Below the pieces are notes generated by a model. That model worked only from the letters and a program-made list of their open reading frames with translations, made no database searches and was not told where the DNA came from. Shown one piece after another: positions 1-9,613 of a stretch of DNA of 54,965 nt. The stretch comes from an uncultured Clostridia bacterium (GTDB taxonomy: Bacteria; Bacillota; Clostridia; Christensenellales; CAG-917). Position numbers and translations under genes: made by a program. The DNA is taken from assembly GCA_947628855.1 (NCBI GenBank), contig CANRBM010000003.1:1-54965 (forward strand). The letters are read 5' to 3'. Each line of letters begins with the position of its first letter. The stretch's first letter is position 1.

Positions 1-495
1 GGCAAGGACTTCTTCTCTCTCAACGAGGAGGGAGTGCGCTTTGTGTTCGACCTCAATTTCCTCGGCACCTTCTTGACGACGCAGGTGTTTGCAAAGGATA
101 TGGTACAAAAGGGCGGCGGCATAGTGCTCAACATCTCGTCCATGAACGCATTTACTCCTCTCACAAAGATACCCGCGTACAGCGGCGCAAAGGCGGCGGT
201 GAGCAACTTTACGCAGTGGCTTTCCGTGCATCTCGCTCCCACGCATATAAGGGTGAATGCCATTGCTCCCGGGTTTTTCGTCACAAAGCAAAACAAGGAC
301 TTGCTTTATACGGCGGACGGGACTCCCACTCCGCGCACGGGCAAGATACTCGCCGCGACGCCTATGGGCAGATTCGGCAAAGTTGAGGAGCTTATGGGCG
401 CGGTCAAGCTTCTCCTAAACGACGATGAGGCGGCGTTTATCACGGGCGTGGTGTTGCCGATAGACGGCGGATTCAGCGCATACAGCGGGGTTTAA
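1..495 (+). CDS. SDR-family oxidoreductase, 3' part only (5' end lies left of the window); UxuB/KduD-like hexuronate-pathway dehydrogenase
   Basis: Frame 1 is open from nt 1 (track ORF 34..495 begins at an internal GTG). Classical SDR marks are present: 'NFLGTF', catalytic YxxxK 'YSGAKAAV', and C-terminal '[13 protein letters not shown]'. It lies directly upstream of eda and kdgK. Confidence 0.75.
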   Translation, partial: GKDFFSLNEEGVRFVFDLNFLGTFLTTQVFAKDMVQKGGGIVLNISSMNAFTPLTKIPAYSGAKAAVSNFTQWLSVHLAPTHIRVNAIAPGFFVTKQNKDLLYTADGTPTPRTGKILAATPMGRFGKVEELMGAVKLLLNDDEAAFITGVVLPIDGGFSAYSGV

Positions 496-531
496 ACCCT
501 CAAAATGAGCGCATAAAGTGCGGATATTGAT

Positions 532-1137
532 ATGAACGTAGAATTTTTGAAAAACAACAGGCTTGTCCCCGTGGCGGTTTTCAAGCGCATAGAGGACGTA
601 CTGCCTTCCATGAAGGCTTTGAGCAGGGGCGGCATAAACATCGCCGAGATAACTTTCCGTACTGATTGCGCGGAGGAGGCGGTGCGCCTTTCCGTGCGCG
701 AGTGCAAAGAAATGATCGTCGGCGCGGGCACGGTGCTGAATGCGGGACAGTGCGAGCGTGCGATAGCCGCGGGCGCGAAGTTTATCGTCTCCCCGGGGCT
801 GTCAAAGAGCGTGTCCGAGGTGTGCGAAAAGCACGGCGTGCCCTATATCCCGGGCGTAGCAACCGCAAGCGAGATAATGACCGCCCTCGACATGGGTTTG
901 ACGACTTTGAAATTTTTCCCCGCGGGCGCAATGGGAGGCGTAAAGACCCTCGGCGCGCTTGCCGCGGCTTTCCCCGGAGTCGGGTTTATGCCTACGGGCG
1001 GGGTTACGCTTGAAAACGCGGCGGAGTACCTCGAAAAGCCGTATGTCGTCGCGGTCGGCGGGAGCTGGCTCGTCAAGGGCGACGACGAAAACGTGGAAAA
1101 GCTCGCAAGAGAGGCAAAGGAGAGGTTGAAGATATGA
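532..1137 (+). CDS. eda: 2-dehydro-3-deoxyphosphogluconate (KDPG) / 4-hydroxy-2-oxoglutarate aldolase
   Basis: 201 aa. Aldolase-family motifs 'EITFRT', 'VGAGTVLN', 'FIVSPG', 'PGVATASEI', 'LKFFPA', 'PTGGV'. 4-nt ATGA overlap with the downstream kinase. Confidence 0.85.
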   Translation: MNVEFLKNNRLVPVAVFKRIEDVLPSMKALSRGGINIAEITFRTDCAEEAVRLSVRECKEMIVGAGTVLNAGQCERAIAAGAKFIVSPGLSKSVSEVCEKHGVPYIPGVATASEIMTALDMGLTTLKFFPAGAMGGVKTLGALAAAFPGVGFMPTGGVTLENAAEYLEKPYVVAVGGSWLVKGDDENVEKLAREAKERLKI

Positions 1138-2153
1138 AAGTCGTGACATTCGGCGAAATAATGTTGAGGCTCGCCCCCGAGGGCTACCTCAGGTTTTTGC
1201 AGGAGCCGCGCTTCGAGGCGACGTTCGGCGGCGGAGAGGCAAATGTGGCTGTCTCGCTTGCAAACTTCGGCGACGAGGCGGAGTTTGTGACAAAGCTCCC
1301 TCAAAACGATATCGCGGACGCGGCGATAAGACAGCTCAGAGGTTTTGGCGTGGGCGTAGACCATATCGCGCGCGGCGGAGACAGAATGGGGATATATTTC
1401 TGCGAAAAGGGCGCGTCCATGCGGCCGAGCAAGGTCATATACGACAGGGCGGGCTCGTCCATATCGGAGGCTGAGACGGGCGACTTCGATTGGGAGAGCA
1501 TATTCGAGGGCGCGGACATGTTCCACTTCACGGGCATAACGCCCGCGCTTGGGAGCAATGTCGCGGGGCTCACTTTGCAAGCGGCTAAGGCGGCGAAAAA
1601 GGCGGGAGTCAAGGTCAGCTGCGACCTCAACTACAGGAAAAAACTTTGGGACAGGCAGACCGCGCGAAAGACTATGACGGAGATTATGCCGTATGTGGAC
1701 ATCCTCATCGCAAACGAAGAGGACGCATACGACGTGTTTGGCATAAGCGCGGGCGAGAGCGACGTCGAGGGCGGCAAGTTGGATACGGCGGGCTATGAGA
1801 GCGTGGCGAGACAGCTTGCGGACAAATTCGGGCTGGAGGCGGTCGCGATAACGCTGAGGCAGAGCATAAGCGCAAACGACAACATCTGGGGCGCGATGAT
1901 ATATGCGGGCGGACAGGCGCACTTTTCAAAGAGCTATCCCGTGCGCATTGTGGACAGAGTTGGCGGCGGAGACAGCTTCGGCGCGGGACTGTTGCATGCG
2001 CTCGGACAGGGCAGGACATATGCGGACGCGCTTGAATTCGCAGTCGCGGCAAGCGCGCTCAAACACACCGTCGAGGGCGACTTCAACAGAGTGAGCGAGG
2101 CGGAAGTCGAGGCGCTTAAAAATGGCAACTCGAGCGGCAGAGTGCAAAGATAG
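1134..2153 (+). CDS. kdgK: 2-dehydro-3-deoxygluconokinase (PfkB family)
   Basis: 339 aa. N-terminus 'VVTFGEIMLRLAP', 'FGGGEANVAV'; C-terminal PfkB signature 'DRVGGGDSFGAGLL'. Coupled to eda by the ATGA overlap. Confidence 0.85.
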   Translation: MKVVTFGEIMLRLAPEGYLRFLQEPRFEATFGGGEANVAVSLANFGDEAEFVTKLPQNDIADAAIRQLRGFGVGVDHIARGGDRMGIYFCEKGASMRPSKVIYDRAGSSISEAETGDFDWESIFEGADMFHFTGITPALGSNVAGLTLQAAKAAKKAGVKVSCDLNYRKKLWDRQTARKTMTEIMPYVDILIANEEDAYDVFGISAGESDVEGGKLDTAGYESVARQLADKFGLEAVAITLRQSISANDNIWGAMIYAGGQAHFSKSYPVRIVDRVGGGDSFGAGLLHALGQGRTYADALEFAVAASALKHTVEGDFNRVSEAEVEALKNGNSSGRVQR

Positions 2154-2181
2154 TGCGCATTTTGCGTACATGGGGGATAAA

Positions 2182-3297
2182 ATGTTGAATTTTGCTGTCA
2201 TAGGCGTTGGAAGAATGGGGTCGAGGCACGCGCGCAATATCGCTCGCGGGCGGCTGTTTGGCGTAAGGCTCGCCGCCGTTTGCGACATCGACGGAGTGGC
2301 GCTTGCAAGGACAAAAAAGTATGCGCCGAAGGCAAAGCGCTATATGGATCTCGACATAATGCTGAAATGCGAACATCTTGACGGAGTCATCATCGCGACT
2401 CCGCATTACGCGCACGCCGAGATCGCAAAAAAGTGCATAGCTTATGGCGTGAATACACTCATAGAAAAACCTGCGTCGCCCACTGTCGAGATGGTGCAGG
2501 ATATCGCGGAATGCGCGAAGGACAGCGGCGTGAAGGTGGGAGTGAGCTACAATCAGCGCAGCAACCGAATGTACAAGAGGGCGAAAAAGCTGCTTGAGAG
2601 CGGCAAACTCGGCGAGATACAGCGCGTGGATTTCATCATCACCAATTGGTACCGCTCGCAGGCGTACTACGATCAAGGCGGTTGGAGAGCGAGCTATGTC
2701 GGCGAGGGCGGCGGATGCCTCATGAACCAGTGCATACATCAACTCGACATATTGCAGTGGCTGGTCGGCATGCCGAAGAGCGTTTATGCCGCCGCGCGCA
2801 CGGTGGACAGGCGCATTACCGTGGAAAACGACGTGACGGCTACGATGAGGTTCGATGGCTTTGACGGGGCGTTTGCGGCGTCCACGCATGAGCTTTCGGG
2901 CATAAACAGGCTTGAGATAGCTTGCGACAAGGGGCGGCTTGTGATAGGCCCGCTGAGCATGAAAGTGATAAGGCACAAGAGCCAAAAGGAAGTCAACGCC
3001 ACCACAAAGCACGGCTACGGGTTTGCGACGTCGTGGAGCTACCGCGTGGGCTACGGCTTTTTCAGACTGCTTGCGGACATATTCTTCGGGCAACAGCTGC
3101 GCTCGCTCAAAGCGTTCAGAAACGCGATAAACGGCAAGGGAGACATGCTCGCGGACATATCCGAGGGAGAGAGAGCTATGCAGATCATAAACGGCATATA
3201 TCTTTCCGCGGACAGCGGCGAGGAAGTTGCTCTCCCCATAAACAACGAAAAATACGCCGAATACCTCGAGAGGAAAAAGGCGGAAGAAAAGAAATAA
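2182..3297 (+). CDS. Gfo/Idh/MocA-family NAD(P)-dependent oxidoreductase (paralog 1)
   Basis: Rossmann N-terminus 'NFAVIGVGRMGSRHA' and 'LIEKPAS' (EKP motif). It shares a long block with the 4237..5394 paralog ('IITNWYRSQAYYDQGGWRASYVGEGGGCLMNQCIHQLD'). I prefer ATG 2182 (GGGGGA just upstream, no overlap with kdgK) over the track start 2122. Confidence 0.8.
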   Translation: MLNFAVIGVGRMGSRHARNIARGRLFGVRLAAVCDIDGVALARTKKYAPKAKRYMDLDIMLKCEHLDGVIIATPHYAHAEIAKKCIAYGVNTLIEKPASPTVEMVQDIAECAKDSGVKVGVSYNQRSNRMYKRAKKLLESGKLGEIQRVDFIITNWYRSQAYYDQGGWRASYVGEGGGCLMNQCIHQLDILQWLVGMPKSVYAAARTVDRRITVENDVTATMRFDGFDGAFAASTHELSGINRLEIACDKGRLVIGPLSMKVIRHKSQKEVNATTKHGYGFATSWSYRVGYGFFRLLADIFFGQQLRSLKAFRNAINGKGDMLADISEGERAMQIINGIYLSADSGEEVALPINNEKYAEYLERKKAEEKK

Positions 3298-3316
3298 ATT
3301 TTTGGAGGAGATATTT

Positions 3317-4240
3317 ATGGGCGTCACTATTTCAGGCTTTTACGATGAGGCTTCGGGCAAACTTGACGAGCAGATAGCGCTTATCAAGGAGCTTGGCGAG
3401 GGCTATCTTTGCCCCAGAAATATAGACGGCAAAAACATCGCGGACTTCACGCTTGACGAGTTCAAGGCGGAGGTCTATCCGCGGCTCAAGGCGGCGGGAG
3501 TGCGCTTTTCGTCGATAGGCTCGCCGATAGGAAAGATCGACATCGACGACGAAGAGGCGTATGAAAAACAGAAAGGGCAGCTCAAGGAGCTTGTCGGCAT
3601 TGCGTCGCTTATGGGATGCAAGTATATAAGGATATTCTCTTTCTATTACGGAAAGCAGAACCCCGACGCATGCGTGGACAAGGCTATAGAAAAACTGAGA
3701 GGCTTTTTGAAGATCGCCGAGGGCAGCGGAGTCTCGCTCATGCACGAAAACGAAAAGAAGATAGTCGGCGACGTCCCCTCGCGCGTCATAAAATTGCACG
3801 ACGCACTCAAGGACGAGGGACTCAAACTCTGCTTTGACGCGAGCAACTACATCCAGTGCGACGTGGACCCAAAGCAGGCGTTTGACAGTCTCGTGGACAG
3901 GGTGAGCTATTATCACATCAAGGATTGCAGCGAGTACGGCATAGAGGTTCCCGTCGGCGTGGGCAAGGGGTGCTATCCGTATATTATCGGCGAACTTGTA
4001 AAGAGGGGCTACGACGGATTTATGACGCTCGAACCGCACACATTCAAATACTCCATGATGAAACTGCCTGTCTATCTCTTCCCGTTTGCGCCGCTTTTCA
4101 TGAACAAATATTTCAAGGCGTTCAGACTCATAGACAAGGCTATGGGCGTTAAGGCGCTCAAGGGAGCGTCAAGAAAACAGGTCTTTTGTTGGCAATATCA
4201 AAATTTGAAAAAGCTTTTAAGCGAAGGAGGAGCAAAATGA
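3317..4240 (+). CDS. Sugar phosphate isomerase/epimerase (xylose-isomerase-like TIM barrel) 1
   Basis: 307 aa from ATG 3317 (GGAGGAG RBS at 3305-3311). TIM-barrel family motifs 'YIRIFSF', 'LMHENE', 'FDASNY', 'YHIKD', 'MTLEPH'. The stop overlaps the next gene's ATG (ATGA at 4237-4240). Confidence 0.75.
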   Translation: MGVTISGFYDEASGKLDEQIALIKELGEGYLCPRNIDGKNIADFTLDEFKAEVYPRLKAAGVRFSSIGSPIGKIDIDDEEAYEKQKGQLKELVGIASLMGCKYIRIFSFYYGKQNPDACVDKAIEKLRGFLKIAEGSGVSLMHENEKKIVGDVPSRVIKLHDALKDEGLKLCFDASNYIQCDVDPKQAFDSLVDRVSYYHIKDCSEYGIEVPVGVGKGCYPYIIGELVKRGYDGFMTLEPHTFKYSMMKLPVYLFPFAPLFMNKYFKAFRLIDKAMGVKALKGASRKQVFCWQYQNLKKLLSEGGAK

Positions 4241-5394
4241 ACGGAAAAGTCGTAAGATACGGCATTGTCGGCGTCGGAAAGCAGGGTACCTTCTACACGA
4301 AGATATTCACAAAGCTCAAAGGCCTGGTGAAGGGCGCCAAGCTCACCGCGGTCTGCGATATCGCAGAGGACAGGCGGCAGTATGCGGAGCAAAACCTCAA
4401 GGGCGTCAAAGTCTTTTCGGACTACAAAGAGATGTTCAAGTCCGGACTTATCGACGTCGTCATGGTGGAGACGCCTCACTATTTCCACCCCCAGATAGCA
4501 ATTGACGCTATGAAGGCGGGGCTAAACGTGCTGTGCGACAAGCCCGCGGGCGTCTATTTGAAACAGGTCCGCGAGATGATGGCGGAGGCGGACAAGCATC
4601 CCGATCTGCTTTTCGGAATGATGTTCAATCAGCGCACAAATCCCCTCTACATCAGGGCAAAGCAAATTATCGATAGCGGGCAGCTGGGCAAACTCACGCG
4701 CATAGTGTGGATAATCACAAATTGGTATCGCCCGCGCGCGTACTACGCTCAAGGCGGTTGGAGAGGCACCTGGTGGGGCGAAGGCGGCGGCGTCTTGCTC
4801 AATCAATGCCCGCACCAGCTCGACCTGTTCACATGGCTTGCGGGGCTCCCCGTGTCCGTGACCGCCACGACGTCCACAGTAGGCAGGGATATAAGCGTTG
4901 AAAACGACGTCACGGCGTATTGCAAATTTGCAAACGGCGCGACAGGCGTGTTTATCACATCTACGCACGACGCTCCCGGCACTAACCGCCTCGAGATAAC
5001 GGGCGAGGGCGGCAAGATAGTCATAGAGCACGGCAAGCTCACCTTCACGAAGAATGCGGAGCTCGAACCCGTATTCTCCGAGCATAACGAGGTGTTCATG
5101 GGCAAGCCTAAGACGAAGAAGAGCACATATAGGGGCATCGGGCACTATCTCAGACTCAAAAAATATCCGCCTCAGCACATCGGCATAATCAAGAATTACA
5201 CGGACTACCTGCTTGGCAAGACGGACAAATTCATCGCCCCCGGCAAGGAAGGCATCACGGGACTCACATTCTCAAACGCTATACACCTTGCGGGTTGGAC
5301 GGGACAGGAAGTGCACATACCTCTTGACGACGACTTCTACTTCGAGCAACTCCAAAAACGCATAGAGGAAGAAAAAGCAAACGAGAAAAAGTAA
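4237..5394 (+). CDS. Gfo/Idh/MocA-family NAD(P)-dependent oxidoreductase (paralog 2)
   Basis: N-terminus 'RYGIVGVGKQGTFY', 'LCDKPAG', 'WIITNWYRPRAYYAQGGWRGTWWGEGGGVLLNQCPHQLD'. AGGAGG RBS before ATG 4237. Lys/Glu-rich C-terminal tail like paralog 1. Confidence 0.8.
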   Translation: MNGKVVRYGIVGVGKQGTFYTKIFTKLKGLVKGAKLTAVCDIAEDRRQYAEQNLKGVKVFSDYKEMFKSGLIDVVMVETPHYFHPQIAIDAMKAGLNVLCDKPAGVYLKQVREMMAEADKHPDLLFGMMFNQRTNPLYIRAKQIIDSGQLGKLTRIVWIITNWYRPRAYYAQGGWRGTWWGEGGGVLLNQCPHQLDLFTWLAGLPVSVTATTSTVGRDISVENDVTAYCKFANGATGVFITSTHDAPGTNRLEITGEGGKIVIEHGKLTFTKNAELEPVFSEHNEVFMGKPKTKKSTYRGIGHYLRLKKYPPQHIGIIKNYTDYLLGKTDKFIAPGKEGITGLTFSNAIHLAGWTGQEVHIPLDDDFYFEQLQKRIEEEKANEKK

Positions 5395-5509
5395 GATCAT
5401 TCAAACGTAGTGAGTTTTGTAAAAAAATCACATCGTAACGAGAAAATACGAATGTACAAAGGCGAAATTTAAAAGATAATCAAAAATAAACCCTTAAGGG
5501 AGGTAAATT

Positions 5510-7117
5510 ATGAGCAACGAAAATTCAGCCGCAGAGACGAGCTACATAGCAAGAACGAGCGGCCTCAAGGGTAAGGACTATGTCGGTTATGCGCTCGGCG
5601 ACACCGCATGCTGTCTTGTGTTCGGTCTGGTGACTTCGCTTTTGCAGAAGTTCTACACGGACATCTTCGCGCTAAGCCCGCTGTTCATCATGTTGATGTT
5701 CATAGGCGCGCGCGTATGGGACGCGGTAAACGACCCGATCATGGGCAGGATATGCGACAGCATCAAGCCCAACAAGTGGGGCAGATATCGTCCCTGGTTT
5801 TTGTACGCGTCATTCCCGCTTGTTCTCTCGTCCATATTGATGTTCGTCAAGTGGCCGGGGATAGGCGAGGGTAGCGTAGGCATGTGCGTTTATGCGACGA
5901 TAACTTATGTCATGTTCGGCATGAGCTACACTATGTTGCAGATCCCTTACGGCTCGCTCGCGTCCGTCGTCACGACAGACGAGAAGGAGAGGACAAAGCT
6001 CAGCGTGTTCCGCTCTATCGGCGCAGGCCTCGGCAGCGTTCCCGTCATTTTGATCGCGTCATTTGCGTATAAAAACAGACTGGACGAGGCAGGCAACAAA
6101 ATTATGGGCGAAAACGGCAGACCTTTGCAGGACATGCAATATCTGCCCGTCATAATCGGCGTAGTTGCGCTGTCTCTCATCTGCTTTGTAATGTTGATGC
6201 TTGCGTTCAAGTTCAACAAGGAGAGAGTGGTCGCGACGGACGTCGGCGGCAAGCGTCCCAAGGGAGAGACGTTGGGAATAATCAAAAACCTCTTCAAAAA
6301 CAGGGCTTTCCTCGCGGTCAGCGTAGCGGGCATGTTGCTGCTTGCGGGACAGATGTTCACACAGAGCTTTTATCTGTATCTGTTTGACGACTATTTCGGA
6401 GCGAACTGGATGAATACAGTGTCTACGGTCTGCACATATGCGCCTATGGCGATACTCATGTTCCTCACGCCAAAAATGGTGCGCAAGTTCGGCAAGAAAG
6501 AGATCTGCGGCGTAGGCATGATCCTCGCGGCAGTGGCAAACCTCGCTATGTTTGCGATGCGTGGCATTAAACCTAGTGTATTGATGTATCTCTTCCTCGT
6601 ATTCTGCTTCATCAGCGGATGCGGCATGACTTTCTTCGTGTTGCAAGTGTGGTCAATGGCTACGGACGCCATAGACGACATAGAGGTCAAGACGGGCAGA
6701 AGGGACGACGGAACGGCATATTCATTCTTCATGTTCTTCCGCAAGCTCGGACAAGTGCTCGCGGCAGTCGCGGTTAACGGCGCATTGCTCGGCATGCATT
6801 ATGATACGAGCAAGGGGGCTAAACAAACTTTGGCAAACCTGCATATAATGTACGATATGGCGACGATAATCCCCGCGGTGCTCTTTGGCATCATGGCGAT
6901 AGTGTTGCTCGTATGGTATCCGCTCTCCCGCAAGAAGGTCGCGGAGCTGCAAGTGCTCAAGGAGCAGAGGCTTAAAGAGGCATATGAGAGCAACGCTATC
7001 AACCTCACAAACGATACTGCGCCCGCAGAGACTGTAGAGGCTCCCGCCGAGGCGGAAACAGTCGAGACTCTCGAGACTGAAGAGAAGTCCGACGGAGCTG
7101 ACGGCGACGTAGAATGA
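5510..7117 (+). CDS. Glycoside-pentoside-hexuronide (GPH):cation symporter family transporter (MelB/UidB-like MFS)
   Basis: 535 aa, polytopic. GPH signatures 'GARVWDAVNDPIMG' and 'WGRYRPWFLY'. GGGAGG RBS. Acidic non-membrane C-terminal tail. Confidence 0.8.
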   Translation: MSNENSAAETSYIARTSGLKGKDYVGYALGDTACCLVFGLVTSLLQKFYTDIFALSPLFIMLMFIGARVWDAVNDPIMGRICDSIKPNKWGRYRPWFLYASFPLVLSSILMFVKWPGIGEGSVGMCVYATITYVMFGMSYTMLQIPYGSLASVVTTDEKERTKLSVFRSIGAGLGSVPVILIASFAYKNRLDEAGNKIMGENGRPLQDMQYLPVIIGVVALSLICFVMLMLAFKFNKERVVATDVGGKRPKGETLGIIKNLFKNRAFLAVSVAGMLLLAGQMFTQSFYLYLFDDYFGANWMNTVSTVCTYAPMAILMFLTPKMVRKFGKKEICGVGMILAAVANLAMFAMRGIKPSVLMYLFLVFCFISGCGMTFFVLQVWSMATDAIDDIEVKTGRRDDGTAYSFFMFFRKLGQVLAAVAVNGALLGMHYDTSKGAKQTLANLHIMYDMATIIPAVLFGIMAIVLLVWYPLSRKKVAELQVLKEQRLKEAYESNAINLTNDTAPAETVEAPAEAETVETLETEEKSDGADGDVE

Positions 7118-7130
7118 CGCTGTTTTACGG

Positions 7131-7165
7131 CTGTCCGAGGCAATAGTTTCGGACAGTCGTATTTT
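7131..7165 (+). terminator. Hairpin with weak T-tract after the transporter gene (possible partial terminator)
   Basis: CTGTCCGA (7131-7138) / TCGGACAG (7149-7156), 8-bp perfect stem followed by TCGTATTTT. Confidence 0.4.
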
Positions 7166-7227
7166 CAAATTTAAAGCGAAAAAATTAAAGTATTTCCAAT
7201 CGATAAGATATTAGATTCGGAGGGCAT

Positions 7228-7992
7228 ATGAAATACGGAGTGCAAATGTTCTCTCTTCGCGGCATGTTGAAGGACGAGGAGGGTTATGACAAGACTTTCG
7301 CCGCCGTCAAGGATATGGGCGCGGAGGTCGTGCAGCTGTCCGCAACGGGCGGAGGGAGCATATCTCCCGAATGCGTAAAGCGGGTCAGCGAGAAGTACGA
7401 CTTGCCCGTGTGCGTCACGCACGACCCTTGGGACAGGCTTACGACCGACCTCGCCGCGCTCGTCGCGGAGCACAAAATTTTTGGATGCAACAATCTGGGG
7501 CTCGGCATGATGCCAAAAAGTTTCCGCACGGGAAACATGGCAGACGTCGTGAGTTTTGCCTCGAAAATGAACGAGATCGCCCTCAAACTCAAGGACGAGG
7601 GAATGACTCTTTCCTATCACAATCACTGGTTTGAATTTGACGAGATAGACGGCAAAAAGATCTACGACGTGCTCATCGAGGAAGCGCCAGACATCCTCTT
7701 CATCCCCGACACATATTGGATGCGGTTCAAGGGGCAGGACATAGAGGGCTACCTCAAAAAACTTGCGGGTAGGATAGACACCTTGCACCTCAAGGATTAC
7801 AAAAAGACGTGCGGGCTGCCGCTGTTCAGAGCGATAGGCAAGGGCGATCTTGACTTTGAGCATATACTTTATGCGGCGAAGGACGCGGGCGTGAAAAATT
7901 GCGTAGTGGAGCTGGACGTGTCGCCCAACCCCATGAAGAGCATGCGTTTTTCCATGCAAAAGGTGCTCGAGCTCAAGAGCAAAGTAAAATAA
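7228..7992 (+). CDS. Sugar phosphate isomerase/epimerase (xylose-isomerase-like TIM barrel) 2
   Basis: 254 aa. GGAGGG RBS. Motifs 'LSYHNHWFEF', 'TLHLKD', 'CVVELD' are typical of this TIM-barrel family. Confidence 0.7.
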   Translation: MKYGVQMFSLRGMLKDEEGYDKTFAAVKDMGAEVVQLSATGGGSISPECVKRVSEKYDLPVCVTHDPWDRLTTDLAALVAEHKIFGCNNLGLGMMPKSFRTGNMADVVSFASKMNEIALKLKDEGMTLSYHNHWFEFDEIDGKKIYDVLIEEAPDILFIPDTYWMRFKGQDIEGYLKKLAGRIDTLHLKDYKKTCGLPLFRAIGKGDLDFEHILYAAKDAGVKNCVVELDVSPNPMKSMRFSMQKVLELKSKVK

Positions 7993-8023
7993 AACGTCCG
8001 CTTTTTGATTAGCTGACGGTCGA

Positions 8024-9250
8024 ATGAATATGGAAGAGAAAATTTTCAAGGCGGGTCCCTTCCTCGGAAGAGAGGAGGGCGGTATCGCCGTATTCAAAGG
8101 CATAAGATACGCCTCGGCGAAACGTTTTGAGCCCGCCGAGCTTTGCGAGCTGCCGAGTATGGAGACAGATGCAAGCCGTTTCGGCGCGTGCTGTCCTCAA
8201 AAGCGCGCCTACGTTGACGAGGGCAGTTTGCAAAACAAGCAGTTTTATTACAACGAATTTCGCAAGGGCGTGAAGTTCTCCTACGACGAGGACTGCCTTT
8301 TTCTCAACGTCTACGCGCCGAAAGAGGGGAAGAATATGCCCGTCATCGTCTTTGTGCACGGCGGCAGCTTTGTCTCGGGCAGCGCGGACGAGAAACAGTT
8401 TTATGGCGCCGCGTATGCGAAAAAGGGCGTGATATTTGTGACGATAAACTATCGGCTCGGCGTTTTTGGCAACTTCGCGGCGGAGGGCAGGGCGCAAAAT
8501 CTTTGCGTCAGCGACGTGCTTGCCGCGCTCAGTTGGGTGCGCAAAAACATTGGCATATTCGGCAGCGACGGCGACAATATCACGCTTATGGGACAGAGTG
8601 CGGGCGCGATGATCGCTCAGACCGTGCTCTCCTTCGACCTCGCGAAAGGAGTAAAACGCGGGATAATGCTGAGCGGCGGAGGGGACAGAAAATTGCTTTT
8701 GCCCCTAAAAAAGCCGAATTTCCGCTTTTGGCAGGGCGTTATGCGCAAGGCGGGCGCGGACAGCGTCGAAGAGTTTGCGGCTATGGACGCGAAGCGCGTT
8801 TTCGAGGCGTATTCAAGCTCGAGCGGCATAGGCGCGCTGTTTGCGACAGCCCCCGTCATAGACGGAAAACTCATAGCAAAGGCGCGGCATGATTCGCCAA
8901 AGGTCGAGTGTATATTCGGCACAGTGCAAAAAGACCTGCTCCCGCCCGTGCTAAGGCATATGAAGAGGGCAATGGCAAAGCGTATGGCGAAGGCGGGAGT
9001 AAAAGCGTATCTCTACGAATTTTCGCACAGCCTGCCCGAGGACGGCGGGACATTCCACAGCGCCGACCTTTGGTATGCCATAGGCTCGCTTGGAGCGAGC
9101 GACAGACCCATGAAAAAGCGCGACTTCGATATAGCGGACGAGATGACCTCCCGCTTTGCCGCCTTCGCAAAAGGGGACAGCCCAAATTTTGACGGCCACG
9201 AAGTCTGGAGACCCTACTTGACCCGCTCCGACGAGCTCAGGATCCGCTGA
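8024..9250 (+). CDS. Type-B carboxylesterase family protein
   Basis: 408 aa. 'FKGIRYA', 'CLFLNVYAP', oxyanion-hole 'VFVHGGSF', nucleophile elbow 'MGQSAGAM' (GxSxG). Confidence 0.8.
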   Translation: MNMEEKIFKAGPFLGREEGGIAVFKGIRYASAKRFEPAELCELPSMETDASRFGACCPQKRAYVDEGSLQNKQFYYNEFRKGVKFSYDEDCLFLNVYAPKEGKNMPVIVFVHGGSFVSGSADEKQFYGAAYAKKGVIFVTINYRLGVFGNFAAEGRAQNLCVSDVLAALSWVRKNIGIFGSDGDNITLMGQSAGAMIAQTVLSFDLAKGVKRGIMLSGGGDRKLLLPLKKPNFRFWQGVMRKAGADSVEEFAAMDAKRVFEAYSSSSGIGALFATAPVIDGKLIAKARHDSPKVECIFGTVQKDLLPPVLRHMKRAMAKRMAKAGVKAYLYEFSHSLPEDGGTFHSADLWYAIGSLGASDRPMKKRDFDIADEMTSRFAAFAKGDSPNFDGHEVWRPYLTRSDELRIR

Positions 9251-9337
9251 AAATCGCACACAGGTGCGCAAAATAGACTTAAAAGGCTTGTTCCGCGGGG
9301 TCGCTGGGGCAGAGGCGTCCGTCCGTGTATAAGAATG

Positions 9338-9613
9338 CTCGGATAAGGGGATTCCTCGACTTTTTACCCCACAAAAACATTTCATATTTTTGTGGGGACC
9401 CCGTATCAATACCCCGCAAAATCACTGCGTAATTTCGTGGGGACCCTTTATTGCTCGGAATGACAATATATATGACATGTCATGTTGAGCGAAGTCGAAA
9501 CATCCCCATGATAAAGGGCATATCTTGGAACTTGGGGATTCCTCGACTGCGCTGCGCTACGCTCGGAATGACATTCTATATTCTGTCATGTTGAGCGAAG
9601 TCGAAACATTCCC
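9338..9613. repeat. Cluster of REP-like palindromic intergenic repeats
   Basis: Unit X 'GCTCGGAATGACA...TGTCATGTTGAGCGAAGTCGAAACAT(C/T)CCC' at 9453-9507 and 9561-9613. Unit Y 'GGGGATTCCTCGAC' at 9347-9360 and 9534-9547. Perfect 11-bp hairpin CCCCACAAAAA/TTTTTGTGGGG at 9367-9397, with a degenerate copy at 9412-9442. Confidence 0.8.

Noticed and set aside
843-1922. Long antisense ORFs overlapping strongly supported genes. Examples: 843..1922(-), 2116..3327(-), 3332..4039(-), 7171..8103(-), 11065..12180(+), 15451..16059(+), 23169..23930(-), 27219..28034(-), 31356..32231(-), 34499..35368(-), 39731..40600(-), 45464..46168(-), 49110..49832(-).
   Set aside because: Each lies opposite or out of frame to a gene with clear family motifs. 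Their translations are Arg/His/Ala/Leu-rich low-information sequence typical of shadow frames in GC-rich DNA, with no RBS or motif support.
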